A DNA stretch of 64,000 nucleotides from Vicugna vicugna (Eukaryota), in assembly GCA_013265495.1 (NCBI GenBank), contig MU059126.1, positions 9,662,349 to 9,726,348 of the forward strand, read 5' to 3'. How positions within the stretch are numbered: position 1 is the first letter of the stretch; the number at the start of each line of letters is the position of its first letter. Shown here piece after piece: positions 50,290-62,979 of this stretch. Made by a program: the position numbers and the translations under genes. A model generated the notes under the pieces. That model was not told the origin of the DNA and ran no database searches. It was given only the letters and a program-made list of their open reading frames with translations.

Positions 50290-50490
50290 GTGAGGCTGAC
50301 AGGAAAAGGCAACCTCTCCTTTTTTTATAGTCTCCCCGTGACAGCCTCTGCTTCAGGGTGACCCCGAGCCTCAGAGAAAGCCCTGCCATGGGAGGGGCAA
50401 TGGGTCAGGCTCAGGGAGAGACGATGGCCCCAGGGCAGGAGGGATGTTCTGAGATGTACTGCAGTGGGGCTGCTGACAGGAAGTTTAGAA
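50290..50490 (-). promoter_or_regulatory. Candidate TATA-box promoter
   Basis: CTATAAAAAAAG on the - strand (first T at 50329); pyrimidine-rich CA initiator about 32 nt downstream; ETS-type acaggaagt at 50476-50484. Confidence 0.4.
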
Positions 50491-50879
50491 TGGGGCAAAA
50501 CAAAACAAAAAATCAAAAATCGTAAATGACTTGCTGACTGAAAAAAATGAGAGAATATAGAAAAATAGTAAAGATTGTTCATATTCCTATCACCCAGAAA
50601 TAATCATGCTTGATTTTAATAGGTCCTTGCAGGCTTGTGGATTTATATACATATGCACAAAGGTTTACTTTTTTTAACCAAAATGGGACACTGCATAATT
50701 ATTTACAATCTCTCTCTCTTTTTTATTTTTTTAATTTATGTAGCAGTTCAGGAACATTTTTCTGTGTTTGAAAATAGTTCTCTAGACTAGGGACAGCAGC
50801 CATGGGAGCTTCTGAATCCTCATTTATTAAAAGCACCTCCAGGGGGTTAATGGAGATGATCCCATGATAACTCCCTTTT

Positions 50880-51180
50880 CGGTGTTAACAATTTACTAAT
50901 CACCTGCTATGCACCAGGCATTGTTCTAGGGGCTGGGATACAGTGTTGCACAAAACAGACATAGTCTCTCAGGAAGCCTTTTCTCATGAAGGAGACCAGC
51001 AATAGCTAAATAAATAAATCAGCAATGAGGACAAGTGTTAAAGAAAAATAAAAGCAGGTGATAAAGTCAGAGAGCAATGACTGGGGAACTTCTACACGTA
51101 CATCATAGCACGTGATGCATGAGGGTGCTATTCAGAGAAGCCTCAGTGGTGAGGGTGGCATTTGAGTGATCTGAGAAATA
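50880..51180 (-). mobile_element. L2 fragment
   Basis: cacctgctatgcaccaggcattgttctaggggctgggatacag. Confidence 0.75.
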
Positions 51181-51301
51181 ATGCAAATAAGCATGCTTTA
51201 TAAAGATTTATTATTGCTGCTACAGATGACTTAACCCCACGTGTACGTTCTCTGCAAGACATAACTAAATTTCAGATTTCTCTCTTTGTCCACAATCATG
51301 T

Positions 51302-51665
51302 CTGTTATGAATTGAATTGTCACCACCACCCCAAATTTGTAAGTTGAAGCTCTAACCCCACTGGGACTATACAGAGATAGGGCCTTTGGGAGGTAATTAA
51401 GGTTAAAGGAGGCCATAATGCAGTAGGACTGGTGTCCTTGTAAGAGGAAGAGACACCAGGAAGGTGGCCCCCAGAGAAAAGGCCTTGTGAGGACAGGACA
51501 CNNNNNNNNNNNNNNNNNNNNNNNNNNNNNNNNNNNNNNNNNNNNNNNNNNNNNNNNNNNNNNNNNNNNNNNNNNNNNNNNNNNNNNNNNNNNNNNNNNN
51601 NNNNNNNNNNNNNNNNNNNNNNNNNNNNNNNNNNNNNNNNNNNNNNCGATGGCAGCCCTAGGGTA
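51302..51665 (+). mobile_element. MLT1A-type LTR with gap
   Basis: tgttatgaattgaattgtc...gttgaagctctaacccc...gggcctttgggaggtaattaagg...atggcagccctag. Confidence 0.88.
51502..51646. other. Assembly gap (145 N)
   Basis: Run of N inside MLT1A. Confidence 1.
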
Positions 51666-51879
51666 TCCTACTCTGAGAAAGTTTATGTCTTAAACACAGG
51701 TAATACCTAATTTTTAAAGATTTGGAAACCTCACTTACTTGGCCTCAGAAGCTACTTTAGAGATCATTTGTTAACACACCGTTCAGTTTTCCTCCACGAT
51801 TATTTGTTAGTTGTACATCCTCTCAGATAATTATTCACTTCTTTGAAATCTTCAAACTAACAGAGAACAGGGCATCTGC

Positions 51880-52920
51880 TTTTCCCTTGCTCATCTCCAC
51901 TTGAAATTTCATTGATTGTATTTTCTCTCTTTTTTTCTGAATGAAAATTTACCGAGATTTTTCTTTTTTATTACCCTTTTCATTTTAAGCTCACAGAATA
52001 GTATATCAGTTGTCTGGTGGTTCTTCTTCAGAGCTACTCATTTTTGCTCTAATATTTATTATTTTTTCCTTTATTTTCAATGTGTATGTTTTGTCATTTT
52101 GATTAAGGGTTTGTGTTGAACCCTCACCTTACTTATTTTCATTCTTTCTTATTTAATAATGAAAACATTTAAGCCAGCAATTTTGGTCAGAGTCTGGGTT
52201 TGGTGGTTTTATGAAAATACTCTTTTCATTAAATTTCCAAATTGTCAATAAGTATACTTTTTATTTCTCCTTTACCTCAATATTTCAGAGGAAAGTATTT
52301 TTATTAATTTCTAAGAGTTCTATCTTAGACTTTTCTTACGCATTTCTAAGTTTATGGCACTATGTCAAGGATATTTGACCTGTGTATTTTCAGTTCAGGG
52401 AGTCATTTTCTCAGTGTGCCAACACATAGGCAATTTTTATAAACATTAATGGGTGCCCAAGAGGAAGATACAGTTTCTCTGTACAAATATACATATTGAT
52501 TCTTGCTAACTTTATTGTTCAAATTCTCCCCTCCACCTATTTATATTTTTTAACAAGCAGATTTGTGAAAGCATATGTAGAATGTTTAAAACCTCCCACG
52601 ACACTTGCCATCCTATCCATTTCACTTTTTGGGGGGATCTGTGATAAATGATGCATTTAGCATGTTGACTGTTCCGTCTTTGCTGTGGATTGTAACATTT
52701 ACCCATATAAAATTGTCTGTTTTGTTTCATTAATGATTTTTGTCTTGGATACTAAATTGTCAGAATATCATTGTGCCACCTCTTAGTGTGATTCTTCTGT
52801 TGGCATTTTCCAGGAAAATCTTACTCATCCTTTTATTTCTAACCTTCTCTCTTTCAGTCCTTTTAGGTGCGTACCTTGCTTTTGCTCCTTTAACCTGTCG
52901 GTGATTTCTGAGGGAAGTGC
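51880..52920 (-). mobile_element. Ancient L1M ORF2-region fragment
   Basis: T-rich decayed L1 (aacacataggcaatttttataaacattaatgggtgccc...aattctccc...ttctgttggcattttcc). Confidence 0.6.
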
Positions 52921-53379
52921 TTTTTACTTTCTTTGAGGAAGGAGGCTGCTTGCTTTCATGGAACCTAGGGTTGTTTTCCTAGCACGCTACCATTTGACTG
53001 GGGATTGATGAAAATTCCCCTAATACTCACCACTTGGTCCTCCCCCAGGGCTGGTTCTGTCTTTTTCTTAGTTTTCATGTGCATATGAGCGGAGGTTGGC
53101 GGTTGGCAGATACCGTGTCAGGGCCTACAGGCAGATGCCATTTTAAATTAGTGCCTGCGTGGCCAGATGTTCATGCTTCATAAGATAATAACCTAATAAC
53201 TTCATAAATAAATAACTTCATAACTTAACACAGGAATCAAGGCGCAGCTGGGAGTGAACTCTAAAATCATGCTTTGTCACTCACTCAAGACTCAATTTTC
53301 CCCCTATGGAAACCTAATATAGAAGTAATATGAATTCACTGCTGCTTAATGGGTTTTTACTGGCCTGCCAAGCACTGGG

Positions 53380-53760
53380 CTAATTTCCATTTATTTATTC
53401 ACTTAAAAAAAGTGTACTGAGCAGTTACATATGCTGAGCACTGTTCTGGGCTCTGGAGATAAAGTGGAGAACAAGACAGAATGTTTGTACCCTTGTGGAG
53501 AACACATTTTTAATAGAAAAATGTGAACAATAGCCAATTAAAATAAATACATAATTCTAAGGAGTGATGTGTGCTATATAGAAAAAGAGAGAATAGAGAA
53601 TGACAGGCAGATGCGGTAGCTCTTTCCCATGAGGCTGTCTTTTCCCTAGCTGGCATCTGAGGGGAGACCTAAAAGATCTAAAGGAGGGAGGGGAATGCTG
53701 GGAGCACAATGAGCCAGGTGGAGGGCACTAGTACCGGGGCCCTGAGACGTGAACGTGCTC
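53380..53760 (-). mobile_element. L2 fragment
   Basis: ttattcacttaaaaaaagtgtactgagc...cactgttctgggctctggagataaagtgg. Confidence 0.75.
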
Positions 53761-53979
53761 TCTCTGGAATGAACGTTAATATTCCTCTGGTGATGCGCAA
53801 TCAAAATTCAAAGCCCTGAGCAGAAGAGGCTGAGTGGCTGCTTCTGGCTCAGATGCTCTCATCCTGGCATCCAGAGGGAAGAAGAAAGCAGGACAATCTG
53901 TCATCTCTCCCTGGCTTCTATCGTAGGAGATGGAACTCTCGCAATTGGCATTTCTCCCAAATTAGAAAGAGAGCTAACT

Positions 53980-54830
53980 GCTGCTCAAATAACAACGTCT
54001 ACTTGGGTTTACCCCTTTAGATATCCAACATACCTTTCCACACTCTTTTTTTTTCTTTTTAATTTCCAGCTAACATTGTGCAGCCAAATCCCATAGAGCC
54101 ATATATATTCATTGAAAGCATCACATAGTCTTTTCTGTTCCTGTATCTCCAGCTCAAAGTCCAGGACTTCTCCAACTCTTTTGGGCTCCATCTCAATGTA
54201 AGAAATCTTTGCATTCAATTGTAAAGTTAACCACCATCACACATCCTATATAAAAATAGTATGGGAAAGAAAGAAGAAAGAGAAGGGAAATTAACAAATA
54301 GAAGCATATAGAAATAGCCATGCATTTTATTTTAGAAAGATATTAAATGATACTGTTTTCCAAAGTAATTGATCCATTTTACATTCCCAGCTACAATTCT
54401 CGGGAGTTTCTCGACATCCTTGTCAACCGTTGTGATTGTCCATCTATTTTTATTACAGCCACTTTAGGGAGTGTGAAAGTGGTATTTCATTGTGGTTTTA
54501 ATTTGCATTTCCCTAATGCCAAATGATATTAACATCTTGTCATGTGCTTATTGGTCATCCGTATATCTTATTTGGTGGAATGTCTATTCAAATCATTTGG
54601 CCATTACTGAATTGGGTTATTACTGAGTTGTAAGGATACAAGTCCTTTAGCAGATAGATGATTTTCAAATATGTTCCCAAAGTCTGTGGCTCATCTGTTT
54701 GCTTTCTTAATGGTGCCGTTTGAAGTATATACATTTTTTTATTTTGTTGCAGTTCAATTTGTCAAATTTCTTCTTTTTTATCAGTTATATTTTGTTATCC
54801 TTTCTGAGCATTTTCATCTTTGTTCAAGGA
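53980..54830 (-). mobile_element. Old L1M fragment(s)
   Basis: catttttacattccc-like...gtggtatttcattgtggttttaatttgcatttccctaatg...ctattcaaatcatttggcc. Confidence 0.8.
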
Positions 54831-55497
54831 AGATAACAATTTTGACATAAAAATTTTTGAGAGATACGTTTTTCTTACCTCTTCACCAATTTTGAATAAG
54901 CCTCACAGTATGGTGACAGTACTCTCCTAATCTAGAATCTGCCTTGTAGGGCAAAAAAATTAAGTCACCGGGGGAAAGATTCTGTTATCAGTGCAGCCTA
55001 AGCCTGCAGGTCAGTATCGGTCGAGTTTTTGCCTGTGTGTCATTGTCTGCCTGTCCCTTTCATCTGATTTCATGGATATCTTTACACCACTGGCTTAGTC
55101 CTGTAGCACAAGGAGAATGCTGCTTTTTGAGAACAAAAGTCAAGCTTCACATGCCCAGCTTCACTGAATCTAAAATAAGACAACAGAAAATGAGAGACAG
55201 TCATGTTTAAGAGCTCACCTGTAGAGCCACATAGTGTGTGAGTTAATGCTCTGTCACTTAACTAGCAAAGACACCCGGAGCAAGTTTTTTATAGTGTCTC
55301 CAATCCACAGGCGGTCCTTTTATAAGAGGGTAACAGTTGCAGTTAGGCGAGGCGAAGCCTTCCATCGATGTCGGTCATCATCATTGCAATCATTATTGCG
55401 ATCATTACTATTTAACCTGGACCAGCAGGAAAGAACCCCAAAGTGTCAACTTACAGAAACTTATTTTGAATCTAAGTTTTCAAGATACTTAGGGAAC

Positions 55498-55669
55498 CAG
55501 AGATACTCCTCACTAGTCAGTGTGGTCCCTGGGCCAGCATCGTCAGCATCACCTGGAAGCGTGTTAGAAATGCAGGATCTCAGGTTCCACCCAGCTCTGT
55601 TGATCTGGAATCCGCATTTTCACTAGGCGGCCAGGTGATCTGTGTACACGTCACCGTTTGAGAAGCACT
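55498..55669 (+). mobile_element. MER5A
   Basis: gtgtggtccctgggccagcatcgtcagcatcacctggaagcgtgttagaaatgcag...ccaggtgatctg...tttgagaagcact. Confidence 0.9.
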
Positions 55670-56699
55670 AGAATCTTCCACATGGAAGGAGGAGTTGAAC
55701 ACCCTGGCCTAGTCCTTGCCTCCTTCAGCTCCACCCACTGTGTGACCACTAAACGGTCCTCCCTCCACTTATCAGGTGCTCCCCAAGGAGATCATGGTTT
55801 GGCTGTGGCTTTCTTCACTGGAGTGAAGGAGGTTTAGGGAGAGTCCTTTCTCATCTTAGATGCACAATTACAGTTAATCACTGTTTCTAGGAACCTCTTT
55901 CATGAGTGGGGTTACTGTACCCTTTCAAAGAAAAAGATAGCAGACAATTAGCGTAGACAAGAAGTGGACAGATAAGTAGAAGGAGTGGGGTTGGTTTTCT
56001 TCTCCCCCAAGAGCCAATTAACAGGCTGACAAAACCAGCTATCAAAGCTCTCAGTTAATCTTTTAAAGAGTCAACATCTGCTGAAACTTCTTAAACCATG
56101 GCCCTGAAGAGGGGCATTTGTGGATTCGGGCTTTTCTCAAAGTCACAAGCTTTGCCACGAAAAAGTCATCTTTTCCAGCATAAATTAATTGAAAAGATAA
56201 GACTTGGACCGCACTTGACTGCCAAGCTCATCTGTCCCCAAATCTTTGAGACACGGTGCCTCCAGCTGGAAAACAAAGAGTTCGTGTTGTTTTTTTGTTT
56301 GTTCGTTTATGTTTGTTTTCATTTTAACTTAGAAGCCCTAGGGAAAACTATGGGGAAAATCGTGGCAGAAAATCACATGTTGAGAATTCTGTTTTGCTGA
56401 AGTCAAACTATGATTTCTCTACCAGTGCTCAGATCAAGGGGCAGAGGAGGAGAAGGGGAGGAAGCATGAAGTGGCAAGTTTCACGGACAGTAGAACAGGG
56501 TCTCTCCAAGGGTTTCTTTTCCTTAACTCCCTGCCCCCATTTAAACCAGTGTTTAAATCACAGCAGGAGGAACTATAGTGACTATAGGCGATGCACAGAA
56601 AAGCTTTGTTGGTGGAGAAGGCATCTGAACAGAATCTTGCAGAAGAGATATGAATTAGAGGAACGGAGGAGAGGAAATATGGTCAAGAGGACAAAGTTA

Positions 56700-56910
56700 A
56701 AACCTGAGCTGTAATTCACATACCATGAAAGTACCCCTGTTAAAGTAGACAGTGCAGTGTTTTTTTTAGCACATTTTCAAAGTTGTGCAACCATCACTAT
56801 CTAATTCCAGAACATTCATCACCCCAAAAAGAATCCCAGTACCCATTAGCAGTCACTCCCCATTCCCTCCTCCCCGTGAACCCTGGCAACCAACCTACTT
56901 TCTGTAATGA
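56700..56910 (-). mobile_element. L1MB/MC 3' end
   Basis: gtaattcacataccatgaaa...aaagttgtgcaaccatcactatctaattccagaacatt...ccctggcaacc. Confidence 0.85.
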
Positions 56911-57020
56911 GACTATTTAAGAAAGAGAAAGAACTGGCATGCAGGATGCAAGGAAAAGTTTTTCTAAACTAGTTAAACTACCAGTCTCCTTTCACAAGTT
57001 TTTCAAACATCCTGGGATTT

Positions 57021-57558
57021 TGTTTATATTCAGGCATGGTGAGGCCAACAGATCAGGAGAAAACTGCCATTGAAAAGTAGTTTGATACAGTTCCTGAGAG
57101 GAAGGGGCACAGCACACCATGCAGGGGAACACCAGGGTGGGTCAGGAGGCAGAATGAGGGGAAACCGGCGGCCAGAGCCTTGGTTGTGGGGGTTTTTTCC
57201 GAGAAGGAATGGGCAAGTCAGGGTAGACAAACTGAGCAGGCTTAGGATTGGACAGTCTGAGTAATTTCAGTGAGCTCTGGGCTATGGAGGGTGGTCCCTG
57301 GTTGTCCAGTGTGTGGCCCCGGAGTGATTTAGGGCAGGGGGATAGTGCCCCAGCCTGCAAAAGACTGGCAAGAGGGAACAACTGGAGGGTTTGGACTCAG
57401 GGTTGGTTGGTTTGCTTATCAAAGGTGTGCTCTCAGGGAAGTTGTTCACCCTCTCTAGGAATTGGCTAACTCCATAGGGGCAGCCCTTTCCTAGCTCTGC
57501 AAGGCGCCAAGATGTCAAAGCCTCATAAACATGTAGAAAATAATACGATGAATGCACA
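57021..57558 (-). mobile_element. ERVL-class solo LTR (MER76-like)
   Basis: Reverse complement begins TGTGCATTC...ctttgacatcttggcgccttgc...gttagccaattcctagag and ends ...aaCA; the family name is recalled, not searched. Confidence 0.6.
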
Positions 57559-57819
57559 CAGCTGGTCATCAGCAGGGATACGCACCTTAGGAAATCAGAC
57601 CAGTGTCTAGTATGAAACATTATCATCTATTTTTGCATCTTCTTCCTAAACTTAAATGTTTTTAGCTTTTTTTTTTAAGCAGTAACCCCATGAAATCATG
57701 GGGTTGACATACGTAGTATGTTTCCTGGGTAAATACTAAAGTCAGCACTCAGCAGAATTACCTAAACCATGCTGCATGCCACCAGTGTTTCAAGTTCCCC
57801 AGAATGGGAAGTACGGATC

Positions 57820-57950
57820 TAGTTCAACTTCTTCATTTTACAGAAAGAAATAGGAAGCCCAGAAAGGGCAAGTGACTTGCCCAAGGTCCCATGATTGGCA
57901 AAGCAAGGATTCGAACCCATCGCCCTTGACCTTCCATCCCAGTGCATTTT
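57820..57950 (-). mobile_element. MIR
   Basis: cattttacagaaagaaataggaagcccagaaagggcaagtgacttgcccaaggtc. Confidence 0.85.
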
Positions 57951-58569
57951 CCCTCTGCACAATTCTAGTCTCACTGGTGCTAACAGAAAGCAAGGCTGTA
58001 ACTCTGAGTTACTTATACCAGAGACTCCTTGCGTTATTCTTATTGTCTCCTGTCCGAATCATCTGTTCAGAACTACCAATGCCATGTGCCTGAAAAACAA
58101 AAGCACTTTCCCTGGTGTACTTATCTTCATTCTGTACTCCAGATCACTATGGAGTGGGAGGGAAGGTCTTCCAACCTGGACACCTCAGAGTTCCAACGAC
58201 TAACACATCCCTCACTCTGAGTGCTGGGCCAAGAGTGCCCAGTGTAATCCGTCCTCAAAGAGTCTGCTCAATTCATACATTCCACAGATTAGAATTTAAA
58301 GATGGAAATGACATGAAAGCTAAACTATAGAGCATTCGAAAAAACTAAGAGCATAGACGCAGGTTTTGAAATTTCACAGAGAAAGGCCCTAGTCGTTTAC
58401 AAAGCAGGCAAGGAATTGCATTACTATAAAGCATAGCAAGAAACAGTCTCGTCCACTAGGCAGGTTCTCCCTTGAGGTATCTGTGGTCTTATTAACAACA
58501 GTGCGAGCTGACACTGCGTCCTTCATCCCCCACCAGACATCAGCATGCACGGTCAGAATGTGAAGAAAG

Positions 58570-58720
58570 CAGTGTGATTCTCATCTTACAGATGAGGCCC
58601 CTGAAAAGCTGAGAGAGGTAAATAACTTAGCCAGGGCCAGACTCTAGTTAGGGGTGGAACTGGGTCGTCTACACTGGGATGTCTGACACCAGGACGCACG
58701 ACCTTAGCCACACTATTACA
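58570..58720 (-). mobile_element. MIR
   Basis: ttctcatcttacagatgagg...gagaggtaaataacttagccagg. Confidence 0.75.
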
Positions 58721-59541
58721 CCGCCCCGCACGAGAGCTTCCTTCCGCCAACAGCTTAATGTCTCTTTTTCGAGAAATTCATATGCTTTGTGTCCGGATGC
58801 CTAACTCAGATTGAACTGCCTTCAAAATATTGAAATGTTCAGATTTAGAACTTTTCCTGGCACAGCTCTTCCGCATAAGCAGCTCCTGGTTCATTAAATA
58901 GTCTGCAACTCAGGCCAGCCTCGTGTCGGTACTAATGGGTTCCCTGCTGCCCTTTCCTGGCTCTTTCTCTTTCAGTAGGAAATTCATTAAGAGTTACTAA
59001 GAGATCCTTGACCCTTGCTCCCTTCACAAATTTAGGATGCTGTTTTGGGTGTCATTTTTCTAACGAAATAATTATCAGTCCAAGAAGATATTACCATATT
59101 AAGGATTTATTTAGGTGGTTTGGTCTGACGGTGGGGCACAGGGGGCGGAGTGGAGGTTGATTTTTGTTTTAAAGGTTTAGAAAACTTTTTCTTTTCCCCT
59201 TCACCATCCGCCCAACTTGTCAGCTGCAAGTGGTTCACCCTCAACTAATTCAGGCTACTCTTCCATTTCTAAAACTGTTCCATGTCAGTACTAGGAAGAG
59301 GGGGACCAGCATCTAATCCAGCGTCCCTGCTACTATTTGTAGTGTGACACTAACAGTAATAATTCTTGCTGATATTTATAATATATGACATATGTCTTGT
59401 GTTGTACGGATGAAATTCTGTGCCTCTGTTATAAAATATGAGAACATATATACATAAAATGTCAGGTCCTGCATCTAAGCTCAATAAATTGGAGTAAGTA
59501 TAAGGTAATTCGTATCAAAACATCACCTATATTCTGAGATG

Positions 59542-59688
59542 ATTTGTTTTTTTTGTTTTTTCTTCTGGAGGGGTAGGTAATTAGATTGATTTATTTATTC
59601 TTTTTAATGGAGGTACTGGGGATTGAACCCAGGACCTCGTGCATGCTAAGCACATGCTCTACCTCTGAGCTATACCTTCCCTGCCGCA
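59542..59688 (-). mobile_element. Vic-1-type SINE
   Basis: ggaggtactggggattgaacccaggacctcgtgcatgctaagcacatgctctacctctgagctatacc; TSD ctgagatg at 59534-59541 and 59689-59696. Confidence 0.95.
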
Positions 59689-60067
59689 CTGAGATGTTTT
59701 CTTGATGGGGAGAAGAAAGAATGTGATCTCTAGAACTTTGGAAATTTCCTCAAACTTAATTTATGCCTATCCATGCCTGGCAGATGGGAACATCCTCTAT
59801 TGAACATGTCATGGTGAAAAAAATGTATGTATAAAGTTTGGAGCAACTGTTCTTGCTCAGTCCCCTCACTTAACAGGAGGAAACCAAAGCTCAGAAAAGT
59901 TAGTTAACTTGCTGAAGATCCCTTAGGTAGAGGGAGACCAAACCAGGACAAACAGCCAGTGTTTTCCTGTAGCAGGAAAACAGAACCATGGTGTAAGGGG
60001 AGGTGAAGTTTGGTGAGAGGCCTGTCAGCTCCTGGTGCTCAACACGTATCAGTCACTAAGTGAGATC

Positions 60068-60640
60068 TGTGCTCATTTTCTATCATTGCCTGGAACAAAT
60101 TGCCACAAACTTAGCAGCCTAAACAATACAAATATATTGCTTCACAGTTTGGGAGTTTAGAAGTCTGACGTGAGTCTCGGGAGGCTAAAATTAAGGTCTC
60201 GGCAGGGCTGCGTTCCTTTCTGCAGGTGCTATGGGAGGATTTGTTTCCTTGCTTTTCTGGTTTGTTGGCAAAGCTCAGTTCTTGGTGGTTTTAGGACAAA
60301 AGTTTCAGATTTTTGGTGACTGCGTGCTGATGGCCCTACCCAGCTCCTAAAGATGCCGCATTCCTTGGCTCACAGTCCCCCTTTCTCCATCTTCAAAGCC
60401 ATGGCAGGTCCAGTTCTTGTCCTGTCTTGTCCTTCTTCCACCACCACATCTCTGTCTGACCACGTTAAAGATGCATGGGATTAAATTGGGCCCGTTTGGA
60501 TAATCCAAGGTAATCTTCCCATCTCGAAGTCCTTACCACTAATCACATCTGCAGTCTCTTTTGCCACAGAAGGTAGCATCTTCATAGATTTTAGGGATTA
60601 TGAAGTGGGTATTTCTGGGGGCCATTATTCTTCCTGCTAG
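60068..60640 (-). mobile_element. MLT1D/E-type LTR
   Basis: aacaaattgccacaaacttagcagcctaaacaatac...ggcagggctgcgttcctttctg...ggggccattattc. Confidence 0.85.
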
Positions 60641-60659
60641 TCCATACCCTCTTCTACCC

Positions 60660-61200
60660 CACCTCTACCCCAAAGAGACGTCAGGATGAACCTCCAGCTC
60701 TCCGTCTGCGGGACCTTCATAACTGGCCTTCTTCGTTTCATTATCTCCCACTTCCAGTCCCAGTGGGTTAACTTCCTCCAACATCGGTTCTCTGTTCCAA
60801 ATCCTGGATGGCTCCACCTTGTCCACTTAATTGCCTCTAACTCCTCACCCTGGCCTTAAGGCTTTTGGTGATGTGGTATTTGATTCCAGCCTTTCTTTTC
60901 TTCACATCCCAACACATCTCTCTTACAACCACTTTTCTTCTGTCGAAGTGGACCACACAGTCTTCCCCACTTGCATCAGACACTTTCTCATCTTCATAGC
61001 TTTACCCGCATTATTTTCTCTGCCTGGACTGCCCTTATCCTCTCATCTCTGAATTTCCTAATCCTAAAGTTTTCCAAACTCAATTCAAATGTCACTACTG
61101 TCTTGAAGTCATCCCTGTTCTCTCCCACTGTCATTAAGGCTAGAAGTAAGTGTTTCTTCTGATTTCTCATGGTTCTTAGGTATCCCTTTGTATTGACATG
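60660..61200 (+). mobile_element. L2 fragment
   Basis: Pyrimidine-rich; aactcaattcaaatgtcactactgtcttgaagtcatccctg. Confidence 0.65.
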
Positions 61201-61216
61201 AAGCATTTCTACTGAT

Positions 61217-61670
61217 CTGTTGCTACCACACCAAAACTTAGTGCCTTATAATTATAATTTATTACTATATTTCGTCAGTCTCTAGGTCCAAAATGTGGTC
61301 AGGGCATGGCAGGGATGGCCTGTCTTGGTTCAGTGGTTTCTGGAACCTCAGCTGGGTTGACCCAGGTATTCCTCTTGCTCACTCTCTGCCCACAGCTTCT
61401 CCACCTGCCTGCCTTGGGCCTCCTCACAGCGTGGGGGCCTCGGGGTAGTTGGCAGGGCAACTCCATGGCAGCATAGGACTCCCAGAGACCAGAGACCTGG
61501 GAGGCTCCCAGGCCCTACAAAGGCAGGGCTGGACCTGACAGAGCATCGCTTCTGCCTTACTTTATCACCCAAAGCAGTCACACGCTGGGTTCAAGGGAAG
61601 GGGAAGGGGACCTCCACCAGTCTATAGAAAGAATGTCAAAGAATTTGAGGACATCTTTGAAATGACATAC
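61217..61670 (-). mobile_element. MLT1H/I-type LTR
   Basis: caccaaaacttagtgcctta...gggcatggcagggatggcc...gggttcaagggaagggg. Confidence 0.75.
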
Positions 61671-62559
61671 ACGATCTTCTAGGGACTCTGGTACATGTTT
61701 GATCTTTTCTCCAAGACTATGAGTTCAGAGTGTGATCCATTTGGTGGCTCCCATGGTGTCTAGCACATAGCTTGGCCCGTAACATACACTCAGCAGTTTT
61801 TGTTGTGTTAATGGATAGATGTGTTTAGTAGATTCTCCTTGCCAAAGGTAGACACACCTAATTTTACATTCTGTAGAGTGAAAAAAGACTGGTGAAAGAG
61901 AAGTGGCTAGAACTCTTTTTTTTTTTTAAGTCACCTGAAAGACTGTGAAAATGTATATATATGAAATAGATCACTGTGTTCCTTAGCAGGCAGACTGTGG
62001 GCCTGACTGGATAGTATTAGGGACGTGAATTACGAGTCATCAACTTGGGGTCGTATGGATCCAGTCTTTCTAATTGGATTCCAATGAAGTACCTGCTTTC
62101 TGTCAAACTCCAGCTCACAAGTGGGCAAGCCACAAAGAAACCTTCACTTCACATCGATTTTCAATGCTGCTTAATAGTTTGTTGTGCTGATTCAATCAGA
62201 ATGTAAATCTGGAATGACCAAATAAAGTGCTTGCCGTAAAACTGCTTTTTATCAGCTTTCTTCTCCGAGATTTCCTCGGATCAGCTTTTACAAATTAAAG
62301 TTCCTTCTTTAAATACCGTTTTCCTTCCAGAATGCATTTAGTAGCATCCGTTCCCATTTTAACTAATGTTGTATCATGAAAAAAATACGACCTTCCTCTT
62401 ACGTGAGAAAAGTGTTGAAAACATTTTGCAGAAATTTTTTAAAATACATTTAATAATAGGAATAAGATAATCATAAGATAGCAATTATCGTTTTATAAAG
62501 AGAAAATTATTAGAAGGCAATGTGAAGAAGAAAAAAGCAGAGGCTTGACAAAGAGCACT

Positions 62560-62700
62560 CCAGTTGTCTAATTGCTCTGGGCGTTTTTCTCCTCATCTGC
62601 AAATCAGAGCTAATAATACCTAACTCATGGCACTGTTGAAAGGATTCAATGCGAATGTACATTTCTGGCACCTAGTGAGTATTCAGTAAATGTTAGCTAT
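62560..62700 (+). mobile_element. MIR
   Basis: cctcatctgcaaatcagagctaataatacctaactcat...tggcacctagtgagtattcagtaaatgttagc. Confidence 0.8.
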
Positions 62701-62792
62701 TATTATCATTTAAATTTTTTTCTATAGTTTCTTAGTTAGGATACTTTCCCTAAAGAACTTCCTTTCCGGGAGTACAGAAAAAACAAATGCAT

Positions 62793-62866
62793 GAAGAAAA
62801 AGAAGAAGGAAGAGGAGGGGGAGAGAGAAAGAAGGATGAAGAGAGAGAGGAAGAAAAGAAAGGAGG
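62793..62866 (+). repeat. GA-rich low-complexity tract
   Basis: gaagaaaaagaagaaggaagaggagggggagagagaaagaagg... Confidence 0.85.
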
Positions 62867-62979
62867 CATAAAGTGATGAAAGATTCGACACAGAAGAGGA
62901 CTTCAGTGGGGATGCTTCGGGGGGCACTGATGGGAATCAGTGATGTCTTCTCAGAGGATGCCGGGCTGGAAGGGTTTCA

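Noticed and set aside
19425-51646. Five N runs
   Set aside because: Assembly gaps inside L1 and MLT1 repeats; they inflate several ORF-track entries and are not biological.
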